Program-made: the position numbers and the translations under genes | Shown: piece after piece, positions 21,594-33,467 of the stretch | Numbering within the stretch: position 1 is the stretch's first letter | How the letters are laid out: each line of letters starts with the position of its first letter | The notes under the pieces: generated by a model | The model's database searches: none | The model's input: the letters and a program-made list of their open reading frames with translations, nothing else | Told to the model about the DNA's origin: nothing | Assembly (NCBI GenBank): GCA_965644295.1 | Contig: CBFFRP010000025.1 | Coordinates: 1 to 64,000 of the forward strand | Direction of reading: 5' to 3' | Source of the DNA: Paraphysomonas bandaiensis | Taxonomy: Eukaryota; Protista; Chrysophyceae | Length of the DNA: 64,000 nt

Positions 21594-23315
21594 TCAATGG
21601 TCGTATGAGATCTGGTACAATATACCGCTGACAGAAATACAAGCTATTATAGCAGCAAGCATCGCACACTTTTTCAACACATCAGTTGTGGTAACTCCTT
21701 GGCGCCGGGGACACCATATATAGCAGTCGATTGTTTGAAAAGTTAGACACCACAATATGCCCATACGAAGACTGGGACTCTTTCCAGTTGCAATGCGGGT
21801 GATCTGCAACTGATGCCACAGATTTTCTAGAGCTGGGTCAAGCTTTGAAAGGAGTGGGATATGTAATACTGGAGAAGTGAATTCCAACTTTTTATCTAAT
21901 GAGTTAGGGGTGAGAAATTCTTTAACTAAATTGGATTGTGTGCATAGTGGTCGAGCTAATCCAATGATATCCACTGCGCCGCTGCTTATGGCCTCATTCA
22001 TTCCAATGGCTGTTCGAAACCCTCCAGTTAGCATTAGTGGAACATTCATATGCTGGAAACGCTTTCTCAACTCTGTAACATACTCCATAAAAAAGGCCTC
22101 CCGAACGCGAGTGCTCTTCTTAACTGAACTTAATAGGGCCGGGTTCTCATAGTTTCCACCAGATATTTCGATCAAGTCCACACCCTCCTGGTGTAGCATT
22201 GTCACGACCTCAAAGGACTCCTCCATGGTCATACCTCCTTTCTGAAAATCTGCTGAATTCAATTTCACAGCTATAGCAAAGCTAGAGCCCTCCTTCTTGC
22301 GTATTTTTCTAATTATAGTTCGCAGCATGCGACTGCGATTTGCAATGCTTCCCCCATACTCATCAGTGCGATGGTTAGTCAATGGTGACAGAAACTGACT
22401 AAGTAGATAGCCATGAGCGGAGTGGACCTGGACACCTGACGAACAAATGAGGCGGTTGCACCAAAAAAGGTAAAGGCAGCGGTTCTAATATACATTGTAT
22501 GTTAAAGGTATACTATACAAAGGTAAAGTGCACGATATCAATCGCGTCTGCAGCAGCAGTATAAGCTAGACACATTCCACATTCTCTATCTATAATTCAA
22601 TAGTCACTTCATTTGATGGTATATATACTGTACCATCAAAACCGGACTTTCTCGCTACACTAGCTGTATTCACAAACCGATCAATGATTGCCTCGATCTC
22701 AGGAACTGTCAGACCACGACTTGATGAGAATATGGGCAAAGCTGCCTGCACAGGTGGTAGTGTGGACGGTGCGACTGGAGATCGGGTGATACTGATTGGG
22801 CATTGCCTTCCTATATTGACGAATATATAGCACATTAGAGACAACTCACGTATGCACACCACACATGACCTTAATAGCCTCGAGATGAACCCATGACAAC
22901 AGTATTAACATCAAATATGCAGCAGTATAACACTAACCTGGGTGAGATATCTGCATGATAAGAGCAGACCCATGTGATTTACAGCAATTAGCCCACTCTC
23001 GGAGTGTATATAAGAAGTCCTCATTTTCAATGGCAACATTTCCAGGACACTCCAGATACTTCCTGTCCACCATGACGTTGCCCGTTATCAACATCCCGGT
23101 GCCTGATTTAGCCCACTCTTCGTATAGTTTCACATGCATTGAATTGGGTGAGTTTGTACTTGGATCAGCTAAGTTTTCAGTCATCGCTCCCTATGAAACA
23201 GTCACAGTGAGCCTATGCACACATACACACTCACTTTAGCGAGCCTATTGCTCAGTTTCAGTCCACATGGAAGGGTAATGGGGTCCCATAAGTGGGGTCT
23301 ATGTTTGTTGCTCAT
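21594..23315 (-). CDS. NADH:flavin oxidoreductase (Old Yellow Enzyme family), 4 exons
   Basis: [30 protein letters not shown]|RQ, GFDG|[46 protein letters not shown]. Confidence 0.93.
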
Positions 23316-23817
23316 ATTGCAGTGCGTTGAACCCTATAGGAATTCCTAGTCAAGTATATAGCGACGAAGAGGATATGTGCGTGATATGCGCTGTGCATGC
23401 ACGGTGTACGTCTATATATACTAAGCTGCTGTACTATACATACATGTATATAACTATATCTACAGATATATACTACATACTACAGCTCTATACTGTACGT
23501 AGATGGGTATATACCAGATATACAGTCCTATCTGCTGCTTGCATCCCTCCATATCTAAGATCCATAAAAGCCCTCTATAAAAACGCGGTTTTAATAATAA
23601 AAATAGGTAAAAATTAGGATAAATTCATTTCAATAAAAGCCCAAAATTTGCTTTAAAAAATCATCCAGATGACTGTACATGCCTATGTATAGGCAGGCAG
23701 GTTCACTTGCACAGAGGGGCAGATATCACATCACTTAGACTATTGGGAAGCAATATCCCAGTTACACATCGAATGTAGTTGACTCAGTTACTGCAACATA
23801 TCGTGTCTGAAGTTATC

Positions 23818-24188
23818 ATGGTGCTGTATGCCAGGTCGCTTCTAGTGCTGCGAACCATCCAGTCGTCACCAGTATACAGACGTCATATAAGGTAAGCTTC
23901 TTCTTCCTGAGTTATATATGTTTCATATAAGTCTCTTTGCTCAGATGGGTTCATGAAAGTAGCAGTCAAAATCGCAATCGATACAGAGAAGAAAAGTCAA
24001 GACGTCTTCAAGGTATTCGGATGCTCTTATTGGTCGGAGTGGGGTTGGGACTGCTGGGATCATGGTGGCGATATAAAATGTTACGAGAAAGTCGTCAAAA
24101 AGAAGGGCGATCAGTGAAAAATACGCCAGGTAGTGTAGCTGTGAAAGATACCGTCGAAAGTGATATTAAAGAAAAGAATAATGATTGA
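23818..24188 (+). CDS. Small single-TM protein with a mitochondrial-type presequence (intron 23892-23944)
   Basis: MVLYARSLLVLRTIQSSPVYRRHIR joined by a GT-AG intron in frame to WVHESS...LLLVGVGLGLLGSWW. Confidence 0.65.
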
Positions 24189-24764
24189 ACACATACTTGT
24201 ATTATTAATACCTTAAAGGCATGTCCTCAAAATTTCATACCGAATGTTTTGACTATGTACTCTAGTATTACATACCGAATCTCGAGACTCGGGTAAGTGT
24301 GGCGTAGTGTTAGCCACAAGAACTAACATATTTTGTCCTAAATTTAACGCTAATTAACACTTACAATTCAATGACAACAGCGTATGCCTATACTACTTGA
24401 GGTAAATACATTTATATTAGATTTTCAATTTTAATTGGTTTTAAAAATAATTATTACAACTATTACTATTGTATATGTTGCCAATCAATAGTAATTTAAT
24501 TGCGACTATTTGGCTGACATAATTATATATAGCATCTTAAGTTGTATAGCTACTGGTCATATATACAAGCCTATTTTCTGTTTACTTACCTCTACAACGG
24601 TATTTGCATACCTCTCACCAATTAATCGTGACTAATAATAATTATTACGACCAACATCAGTTGCAGGGACTTGCAGATACTGCACAAGCACTAATATATA
24701 TATGAGAAGACAACAACAGTCATAGTAGTCGACTTGTTATCTAAGACTGGGGTTTCCATATACC

Positions 24765-27012
24765 TTAGCGACAGGTACATTCTGGATCATTTAAGTCACA
24801 TGGAACCAAAGAAACATCAATAGGCCCATCAGGTGTAGAGTCATGGACTAAGTAGAGGTGATTTAAATGTCCGCATTTTACTTCCACATTCCCTCCTGAC
24901 TTAATTTCAACTTGTACACCGTTGGGGTAAAACAACTCTGCATTGTAAAATATTTCAGTCGTACGGAACATAGAGTCCTCAGCAGATCCAATATATGGAG
25001 CATAGGTAAGGGTGAAATGTCCATTTTTGTTATTGAAGGAGTAAGTTGGGTTCCTGCCAGCCACTGCCTGTGGATAGGTACGAGACAATATACGCAGCTT
25101 CGGCACACTTGGCTGGCCGTTATCAGAGTATAGGCTCCCACGTTGAGGATTCATGGTAGTTATGTCATGATAATACCTACAAGTGAATCACCAATATGCA
25201 AAAAATCGTAAAAAGGCACAAAATTCCTAGCTAACATGAAGATACTAACACTGCAACACCGATAATAATTATATGTTCGCACATATATGTACGAAAGAAC
25301 ACAAGATTCTCTAATTTCGCAATATCAATACCACTAAATTAGCGACATTAACATGTGCATAAAACGTACTTGAATTGCCAGTACATCCAGCTCTGGGCGT
25401 GTTCATCAACATGAGCTGCAAGGTTTTCCAGAACCCGCAAATCATACGCTTCATCTAGGGTTGCACCAAACTCTGTCATCATCATACCTAGGCGGAGTCG
25501 TTTTGAGTCTCTATAAATACCAATTCATTAGGTGACAACAAGGGCATACATGTAGTACTAAACACGAGTCAACTTGTATATATTGGTGATATATGTATAG
25601 CATAACTCGAATGACACTGCTAGTCTAAATACAAATGCTACCAAACTATCCCACCATAGACATGAAATATTAATAACCTGAGTCTCATTGTAAGGAAGTC
25701 CTTGACAAGTCCTCTACAAACAATCACTCCTACAGCGCCGTTGGGGGGGCAGTAGATGCGGTAAGATATAGCTTGTCTGTCATTGTACTCAGGCCCTATA
25801 AAAGGCATTAATCATGACAACATAAGCAGTATACATCATAGGTCAACGTTAACATGCCGAACCTCCAGGACCCTGTGTAAATCCGCTCCACCAATAGTTA
25901 TAAGACAACCCCTCAAAGAAAATGATTTTCTTGTCATCCACTTCACGAATAGCTTCGTGAAGGTAGGAATACATAGGTTGAAAATTTTCTTTTTCTGTAG
26001 CACTTGTAAGAAATAAGGATTTATCGTGGTAGACATCTCCTGCCCAGGGCTCGTTGATAAGTTCATAGCCAATAACAGAATCATATGATCGAAATCGCTC
26101 CGCCTATTTCAATTTTGATTAACAGCAGTTTATGACTACACTTCCAATGGCATACCACATACATAACACATCTACAAAAGGTACAATTCATAGGCTACGA
26201 AGGGTCATTCGTGCTTACCACTGTGCGCCAAAACCCCGCATAGGCTTCCCAAACATTCGACTGGTTGCGGTACAAACAATCAAATCCAGCTCCCACTTCT
26301 GCGGAAAAGTAGTACTCAAAGAAAGGTTTCGATGAGCATGCATCAAAAGAGGGATTGCCGTCGGAATCAAGAGGGTATGGAGCTGGGGCAACAGGTTCAG
26401 GGAACGGAGGGGTAACGGAGGCTTCATGAGAAGCACAAATCTCATATATGTAATCAGGCACACCTTCTCCACAAAATCTACCAAAAACATGATTATAAAG
26501 AAATGTAGTGTACGTAATACGACCGCATACAGGCAGCACGCATGGCATCTATTTATAAATGTTGTGTACATACTTTCTGTGCCATAAATCCTGATGCATG
26601 TCCAAAATCACTGTGATGTTTTGAGCCGCAAGATTGTCGACAATGATGGAGAGCTGATCCAAATAAGTCATATTGTAATCACCCTGTTTGCCAGGCTCTA
26701 CACCGGGCCACATGACACCTATATTACCAGTGTAAGCTCATTACCACTGGGTCAAAACAGTTTACCCAGTCTGATAATATTAAAGCCCCAGTTGTTTAAG
26801 TTAGCAGCATCGATATCGGATAAACTGTTGTCTGGATCAAAGCCGCTTACATCAGGGTGCCATGGTGCTATTTTAAACACTGCATTCATGCCGTGATACA
26901 CACGACTGCGAGCAAACTCATCTACGAAACTCAAGGCTTCAGTGTCTACCACAACTGTACTCAACACATTGCTCAGTAAACAGAGAGAGATTACAATCAA
27001 GATACACTGCAT
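24765..27012 (-). CDS. Endoglycoceramidase-like glycoside hydrolase family 5, secreted, multi-exon
   Basis: Signal peptide; FVDEFARSRVYHGMNAVFK, WGFNIIRLG, VILDMHQD, acid/base GYELINEPW, nucleophile MTEFGA, and LSRTYPQAVAG. Confidence 0.92.
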
Positions 27013-27609
27013 TTATATCATTTCAATAAGGTTTGTATTCTCCCTGATATTTGTATGAGGAGGGAAGCACACTGAGATGCAGCCACGTGGAGTGTGCTTC
27101 CATATGATGAGGTACACTGCCCAGTCCACTGGTACACCACTTGTACACAAAGCAGCTCAGTTGGAGGCTTGGTGTATCATACTACGAACGAAATGCGGGA
27201 ACTCGCTGTAGAGAAGAGACGAAAGGGTAAAAATCATGAAAAAAAACATGAAAAAGTGTCTTTTATATTTAATTCCATAACTTTTTCATTTTAGCAATCG
27301 AAATACTGTGATTATGTCGGCAACATGGTGATATTTTTGTTCTCTATAGCGAATTCCCACATCTCGTACGTACTCCTGTACTTGTACCTTTAGAGCAGCA
27401 GTATGCGGTATGTTCTGTCTCTGAAAAAAAAAGGAAATTTAAACTGAAAAAGAATTTTTTGTTAGAAAATCAGTGAAAAATGTGTCGAAAATTTGACGGA
27501 AAAATATCCCATTCAGACGTTAATTTCTTCATAGTGATACTGTGCATGGCTGATGCAACAATCCAATGCACTAAACCTTGCAGATTACATTGAATAGTGC
27601 ATAGTTACA

Positions 27610-30600
27610 ATGGAATCTGAGCAATCAACGTATTCAGTGTATGCAAGGGCTTTCCGTCAAGGTTTACTTGATCGTGGGAAGGGTCATGATGGAGCAAAAG
27701 CATTACTTGAATCCATATTTAACGAGATAGATGACAACTGTGATGGAGAGGTTACAGTGGATGAGCTTCATCGATACATTGAATCAATGGATATTAAGAT
27801 TGATTCAATGGATGACAGTTTGTCCAGTGCTGTTGATGAGGGAAAGTTTGCAGATATTCTCATTCAGCAGATCGATATCAATCATGATGGTGTGGTATCA
27901 CTACAAGAAATGTATGACTTTCTATGGCCTCCTGGAGAGTCGACAAGAGAAGTGGGAATTGTTATTGAAATTGTTCGACGGGCTATTCGAGATGCTCTTG
28001 GAGATGCGATAATTCTAAAAACTCTGAAATGGCGTACTGCTGCTGAAGATACTGCATTGATAACTGCATTCGCGAAAAAAGCTGGTTTAGAATTGCGCCC
28101 CGGCAACGTACTGGAAGCCAGACAGATGAGAACTGGTTTAAAGTATTTAGAGCGTGAACATTGTCCTCAATTAGGAACACTGTCGGACTACGAAATCGAT
28201 ACTTTAATACACTCCATGGATGCTAATAATTTCAGTGTCATGTCCCCAATGGAATTTAAGACTTGGCTACTACTCAGTAGTACTAGTGGTAAAAACCTAT
28301 CCCCCGAGGAGGCACTAGAGCAAACCAAACTAGATATTGAACAAAGGTCAAAGCGTAAATCTGAGGCTGAAGCTGAGGGTGCAGCTCGGTTAAAGGCTGA
28401 GGCAGAGGAGGCAGCTCGTTTGAAGGCGGAGGCTGAGGCCGAGGAGGCTGCACGGTTGAAGGCGGAGGCTGAAGCGAAGGAGGCTGCTCGATTAAAAGCC
28501 GAGGCTGAAGCAGAGGAGGCAGCTCGATTAAAGGCGGAGGCTGAAGCAGAGGAGGCTGCTCGGTTAAAAGCCGAGGCTGAGGCAGAAGAGGCCGCTCGAC
28601 TGAAAGCACAGGCTGAAGCAGAAGAGGCAGCTCGATTAAAAGCCAAGGCTGAAGCAGAGGAGGCTGCCCGATTAAAGGCGGAGGCTGAAGCAGAGGATGC
28701 CGCTCGTTTGAAGGCTCAGGCTGAGGCAGAGGAGGCTGCTCGTTTGAAGGCTCAGGCTGAGGCAGAGGAGGCTGCTCGTTTGAAGGCTCAGGCTGAAGCA
28801 GAAGAGGCCGCTCGACTGAAAGCACAGGCTGAAGCTGAGGAGGCTGTCCGATTAAAGGCTCAGGCTGAAGCAGAGGAGGCCGCTCGGTTAAAGGCTCAGG
28901 CTGAGGCAGAAGAGGCTGCTCGACTGAAAGCACAGGCTGAAGCAGAAGAGGCTGCCCGATTAAAAGCCGAGGCTGAGGCAGAAGAGGCCGCTCGACTGAA
29001 AGCACAGGCTGAAGCAGAAGAGGCAGCTCGTTTGAAGGCTCAGGCTGAGGCAGAGGAGGCTGCTCGTTTGAAGGCTCAGGCTGAAGCAGAAGAGGCCGCT
29101 CGACTGAAAGCACAGGCTGAAGCTGAGGAGGCTGCCCGATTAAAGGCTCAGGCTGAAGCAGAGGAGGCCGCTCGGTTAAAGGCTCAGGCTGAGGCAGAAG
29201 AGGCTGCTCGACTGAAAGCACAGGCTGAAGCAGAAGAGGCTGCCCGATTAAAAGCCGATGCTGAAGCAGAAGAGGCAGCTCGACTGAAAGCACAGGCTGA
29301 AGCAGAAGAGGCTGCGCGATTAAAGGCTGAGGCTGACGCAGAGGAGGCAGCTCGTTTGAAGGCTCAGGCTGAAGCAGAGGAGGCTGCTCGACTGAAAGCA
29401 CAGGCTGAAGCAGAAGAGGCTGCCCGATTAAAAGCCGAGGCTGAGGCAGAAGAGGCCGCTCGACTGAAAGCACAGGCTGAAGCAGAAGAGGCAGCTCGTT
29501 TGAAGGCTCAGGCTGAGGCAGAGGAGGCTGCTCGTTTGAAGGCTCAGGCTGAAGCAGAAGAGGCCGCTCGACTGAAAGCACAGGCTGAAGCTGAGGAGGC
29601 TGCCCGATTAAAGGCTCAGGCTGAAGCAGAGGAGGCCGCTCGGTTAAAGGCTCAGGCTGAGGCAGAAGAGGCTGCTCGACTGAAAGCACAGGCTGAAGCA
29701 GAAGAGGCTGCCCGATTAAAAGCCGATGCTGAAGCAGAAGAGGCAGCTCGACTGAAAGCACAGGCTGAAGCAGAAGAGGCTGCGCGATTAAAGGCTGAGG
29801 CTGACGCAGAGGAGGCAGCTCGTTTGAAGGCTCAGGCTGAAGCAGAGGAGGCTGCTCGACTGAAAGCACAGGCTGAAGCAGAAGAGGCCGCTCGATTAAA
29901 AGCCGAGGCTGAAGCTGAGGAGGCTGCCCGATTAAAGGCTCAGGCTGAAGCAGAGGAGGCTGCCCGATTAAAGGCTCAGGCTGAAGCAGAGGAGGCCGCT
30001 CGGTTAAAGGCTCAGGCTGAGGCAGAAGAGGCTGCTCGACTGAAAGCACAGGCTGAAGCAGAAGAGGCTGCTCGATTAAAAGCCGAGGCTGAAGCAGAAG
30101 AGGCTGCTCGGTTAAAGGCTGAGGCTGAGGCCGAGGGGGCAGCTCGTTTGAAGGCTCAGGCTGAGGCAGAGGAGGCCGCTCGCCTGAAAGCACTGGCTGA
30201 TGCCGAAGAGGCAACACGACTGAAAGCACAGGCTGAGGCAGAGGAGGCCGCTCGACTGAAAGCACAGGCTGAGGCAGAGGAGGCCGCTCGACTGAAAGCA
30301 CAGGCTGAGGCAGAGGAGGCAGCACGACTGAAAGCACAGGCTGAAGCAGAGGAGGCCGCTCGACTGAAAGCAAAGGCTCAGGCTGAGGCAGAAGAGGCCG
30401 CTCGTTTGAAGGCTCAGGCTGAAGCTGAGGAGGCTGCCCGATTAAAGGCTCAGGCTGAAGCAGAGGAGGCCGCTCGACTGAAAGCAAAGGCTCAGGCTGA
30501 GGCAGAAGAGGCCGCTCGCCTGAAAGCACAGGCTGATGCCGAGGAGGCCGCTCGTTTGAAGGCTCAGGCGGAGGCAGAGGAGACAGCTCGACTGAAAGCA

Positions 30601-30882
30601 CAGGCTGAAGCAGAAGAGGCTGCTCGGTTAAAGACTGAGGCTGAGGAGACCGCCCGCTTGAGAGCGCATGCGGAAGCAGAGGAGGCTTCAAGAAGGAATG
30701 CTTCTGCTGAACGTGCGTCAGAGGATATAGGTTTGTTGGGAAAGTCGGCTTTGTCGAATGAAGTTTGTGTCAGTAATTCTGACGAAGTCAATGATGATCA
30801 TCGCACTAGTCTTTTGGATACTAATGAAAAGAAGAGTGCGGATAAAACGTGCTGTTGTTGCTGTTGCTGGTGGGTGCGTTAG
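27610..30882 (+). CDS. EF-hand protein with a long 12-aa (AEAEEAARLKAQ) helical repeat and a Cys-rich C-terminus
   Basis: EF loops DDNCDGEVTVDE and DINHDGVVSLQE; roughly 60 repeat units; ends TCCCCCCWWVR. Confidence 0.85.
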   Translation: MESEQSTYSVYARAFRQGLLDRGKGHDGAKALLESIFNEIDDNCDGEVTVDELHRYIESMDIKIDSMDDSLSSAVDEGKFADILIQQIDINHDGVVSLQEMYDFLWPPGESTREVGIVIEIVRRAIRDALGDAIILKTLKWRTAAEDTALITAFAKKAGLELRPGNVLEARQMRTGLKYLEREHCPQLGTLSDYEIDTLIHSMDANNFSVMSPMEFKTWLLLSSTSGKNLSPEEALEQTKLDIEQRSKRKSEAEAEGAARLKAEAEEAARLKAEAEAEEAARLKAEAEAKEAARLKAEAEAEEAARLKAEAEAEEAARLKAEAEAEEAARLKAQAEAEEAARLKAKAEAEEAARLKAEAEAEDAARLKAQAEAEEAARLKAQAEAEEAARLKAQAEAEEAARLKAQAEAEEAVRLKAQAEAEEAARLKAQAEAEEAARLKAQAEAEEAARLKAEAEAEEAARLKAQAEAEEAARLKAQAEAEEAARLKAQAEAEEAARLKAQAEAEEAARLKAQAEAEEAARLKAQAEAEEAARLKAQAEAEEAARLKADAEAEEAARLKAQAEAEEAARLKAEADAEEAARLKAQAEAEEAARLKAQAEAEEAARLKAEAEAEEAARLKAQAEAEEAARLKAQAEAEEAARLKAQAEAEEAARLKAQAEAEEAARLKAQAEAEEAARLKAQAEAEEAARLKAQAEAEEAARLKADAEAEEAARLKAQAEAEEAARLKAEADAEEAARLKAQAEAEEAARLKAQAEAEEAARLKAEAEAEEAARLKAQAEAEEAARLKAQAEAEEAARLKAQAEAEEAARLKAQAEAEEAARLKAEAEAEEAARLKAEAEAEGAARLKAQAEAEEAARLKALADAEEATRLKAQAEAEEAARLKAQAEAEEAARLKAQAEAEEAARLKAQAEAEEAARLKAKAQAEAEEAARLKAQAEAEEAARLKAQAEAEEAARLKAKAQAEAEEAARLKAQADAEEAARLKAQAEAEETARLKAQAEAEEAARLKTEAEETARLRAHAEAEEASRRNASAERASEDIGLLGKSALSNEVCVSNSDEVNDDHRTSLLDTNEKKSADKTCCCCCCWWVR
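28360..30690 (+). repeat. Coding 36-bp tandem repeat with a 468-bp higher-order duplication
   Basis: Variant units recur at offset 468 (GCCGATGCT at 29254 and 29722). Confidence 0.9.
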
Positions 30883-31381
30883 TTAGGTACCTGAAACTAT
30901 ATTTGCGCAATATAGAGTGTCACAAGTGAATACTTGTCAGTACGGTAGTACATAATGGAAACGCACTCTTGACGATATAAAAGTAATAAATATAGCTTTG
31001 AGTAGAAAGTTGTATGTAATACGTGTTCTATTACTCACACGTGCCCAACAATATGTCGCAATGGATACAATTAATGGTGCGTTTCTAATTTTCATAGTGT
31101 GAGTACATCTGAGCCATAGATATATTATAACGGTATATTGTTGCAATTTGCAATGGTAATGTTAGTCTGGATTAGGGATTAGGTCAATAGCTGTTTAAAG
31201 TGATGAACAGTTCCACCTACTGGAAACGCATTCAGCGCCTGGATATTACATGCTATTATTATTTATTATTGTATATTACCCACCGCAATCGTACAACCAA
31301 CACGGACAAAATATTATCACAATATTAAATTAGACACGAAACTCAATATAACTTTTATTCTCTTCAATAAAACCAGCCAGT

Positions 31382-32935
31382 TTATGAGTGCAAAGCATTC
31401 TTACTAGAAGAGAAGTGAGCACCCTCTAAAATAGCTTTTGCTGAATTAAGTCGCTTTAACTGCACAGCCAGTCCCACCATGGCAAATCCCAGTGCTACTA
31501 AAGATGACATTGCAATGTACTTCCAGTACAAATGGACTTCGTCGTCATCATTCCCTGTGTCATATGGGATATCTTCTTGTTCACTGGTCTCTTGGGGACC
31601 AAAAATTTTATCGACAGCCTTCCTAGCCCCGTCCGCAAGAGCATCTCTATGCATCCTATACAAATCGTGAAAAAAGTGCTGTCCAATTGGGAAGTCCGTG
31701 TAGTGCGTTCCGACATCTTGGCTGATCATTTCTTCAGTAGGATAGTGCCCACCTAATGTAAAGGCCTTGCTTTCGTAAAAGGTGTAACCTATCACGCAAC
31801 AACCGTAACAAACTTTAATAATATCAAAGTGGAATAAACAAAACTAAAGTCATTTAGTTATTTTATTCCTGCACATTCTTCGCATTGATTACGTACAAAT
31901 CAAAGGTATTGTATTATTGATATATTTAGCAATAGTGTACCTTGGTTCTCTCCACATCCATCAGCAACGCTCACATTAAACAATCTCGCAAAGTATTGAT
32001 GCAACCCATGCTCCTGCGCAACCATGTGCCTACAATAGCATACATAATATTGAAGTTAAAACTAATGATATCAATAACATATCAGGCAGTAAATCTGGGG
32101 AAATTATTACATACATATACAATATACCAGTGCGATATATTTTCTGTCATTGAGAACAATAAATTAGAAAACACAACACTCACCCAACAGCGCTCACAGC
32201 ATATAGCTCATCCCATTCCGCATCCGAAAGTATGTTCTCCTTCCACCTCATTACCACCCCGTGAGTAGTATTAACGTTATCTTCGGCAGCATCATCTAAA
32301 TTGGAATTGACATATGACGATGTACTCCACGCAAAATCCGCCAACAGATCTAATGAACATTGCTGCGTGGAGAGTATTCGAAGAACAAAGTCTACAGTAA
32401 TATTGTATATAGTAATTTGACGCTCTAGTTGCACAGGATCGGGAAATCTATCAGAGGTTATCGTAACATTCTCCAGGAGCTCCATATATCGTGCCATGTT
32501 TTCAACTGTTTCCTCATCAAGATTAATCGCACGACTTGTATTGGGAAGTAAGATAGAATAAGCTCCTAATGGAAGATGACTAACCATCTTTAAATTATGA
32601 AATATGTCATGCACGATGGGCTCGACTATACGCGATCCATTCGACAAATGCAGAACTAGATAGTCACCTTCGACCATAATATTCACTTTCGGTAGTACTT
32701 CTTGACGGGCGGTGCTGTACATGGAATGAAAATAGTCATTGGTTTGAACTAATGGGTCAGATTGATCAGTGGACATGGGTATGGATCCCTCCACTGGTGT
32801 GCTCTCCTCATTCAATTGACGATGAGAGGAGGAGGAGGAGGAGGAGGAGGAGGAGGTGTGGTGCTTGAATGGGCATGCACCAGATACATACTGATATGAT
32901 GCAAACCAGAGAAGAGATATTAATAAACACCGCAT
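31382..32935 (-). CDS. Hypothetical type I membrane/secreted protein, spliced
   Basis: Signal peptide MRCLLISLLWFASY...; exons ~32935-32185, ~32030-31942 and ~31790-31382; C-terminal TM IAMSSLVALGFAMVGLAV. Confidence 0.7.
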
Positions 32936-33467
32936 CGTATGACAGCCAGATATATGCCACCTCTATATGTATGTATGGAGCACAGGCGCACTGGCAGTTG
33001 ACTTTGCTTGCCTTCCTGCTGTCGTGTATATTCACTGCCGCGTCTTCATCTGGATCATATGCCGTATACCGTATACCGGTATACCATACATACATACACT
33101 CATACACTGCTCTCTATAGATACATATACCCACTCTAAAAAAACATTAGAATATCATGTAGCCAATCATACGGTTGAAAATTTGTATTCGATGGTTTGGT
33201 TGGATAGAATCTGTTCTGAATACTCTGTATATATATATACAGTCGTATATGACATTCTGAACAAGGTGTACTGCTGTACTGTACTTATATAGATGAGGGC
33301 AGTGTACAGCAGTACATATGTACCTGTGTACTGTTACAGCGGTCTGCTCTGTGTGTCCATAGCTGTACAATACCAGTCATAATGGGTCTGGTCTGTCATG
33401 AGTGCTACTGGGGTCTCCAGACGAAGGAAGGACTCGACCCAGTATGATGTTCCTGTCATAATATCTC

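Noticed and set aside
28283-30691. 802-aa antisense ORF
   Set aside because: Shadow frame of the 36-bp coding repeat on the plus strand.
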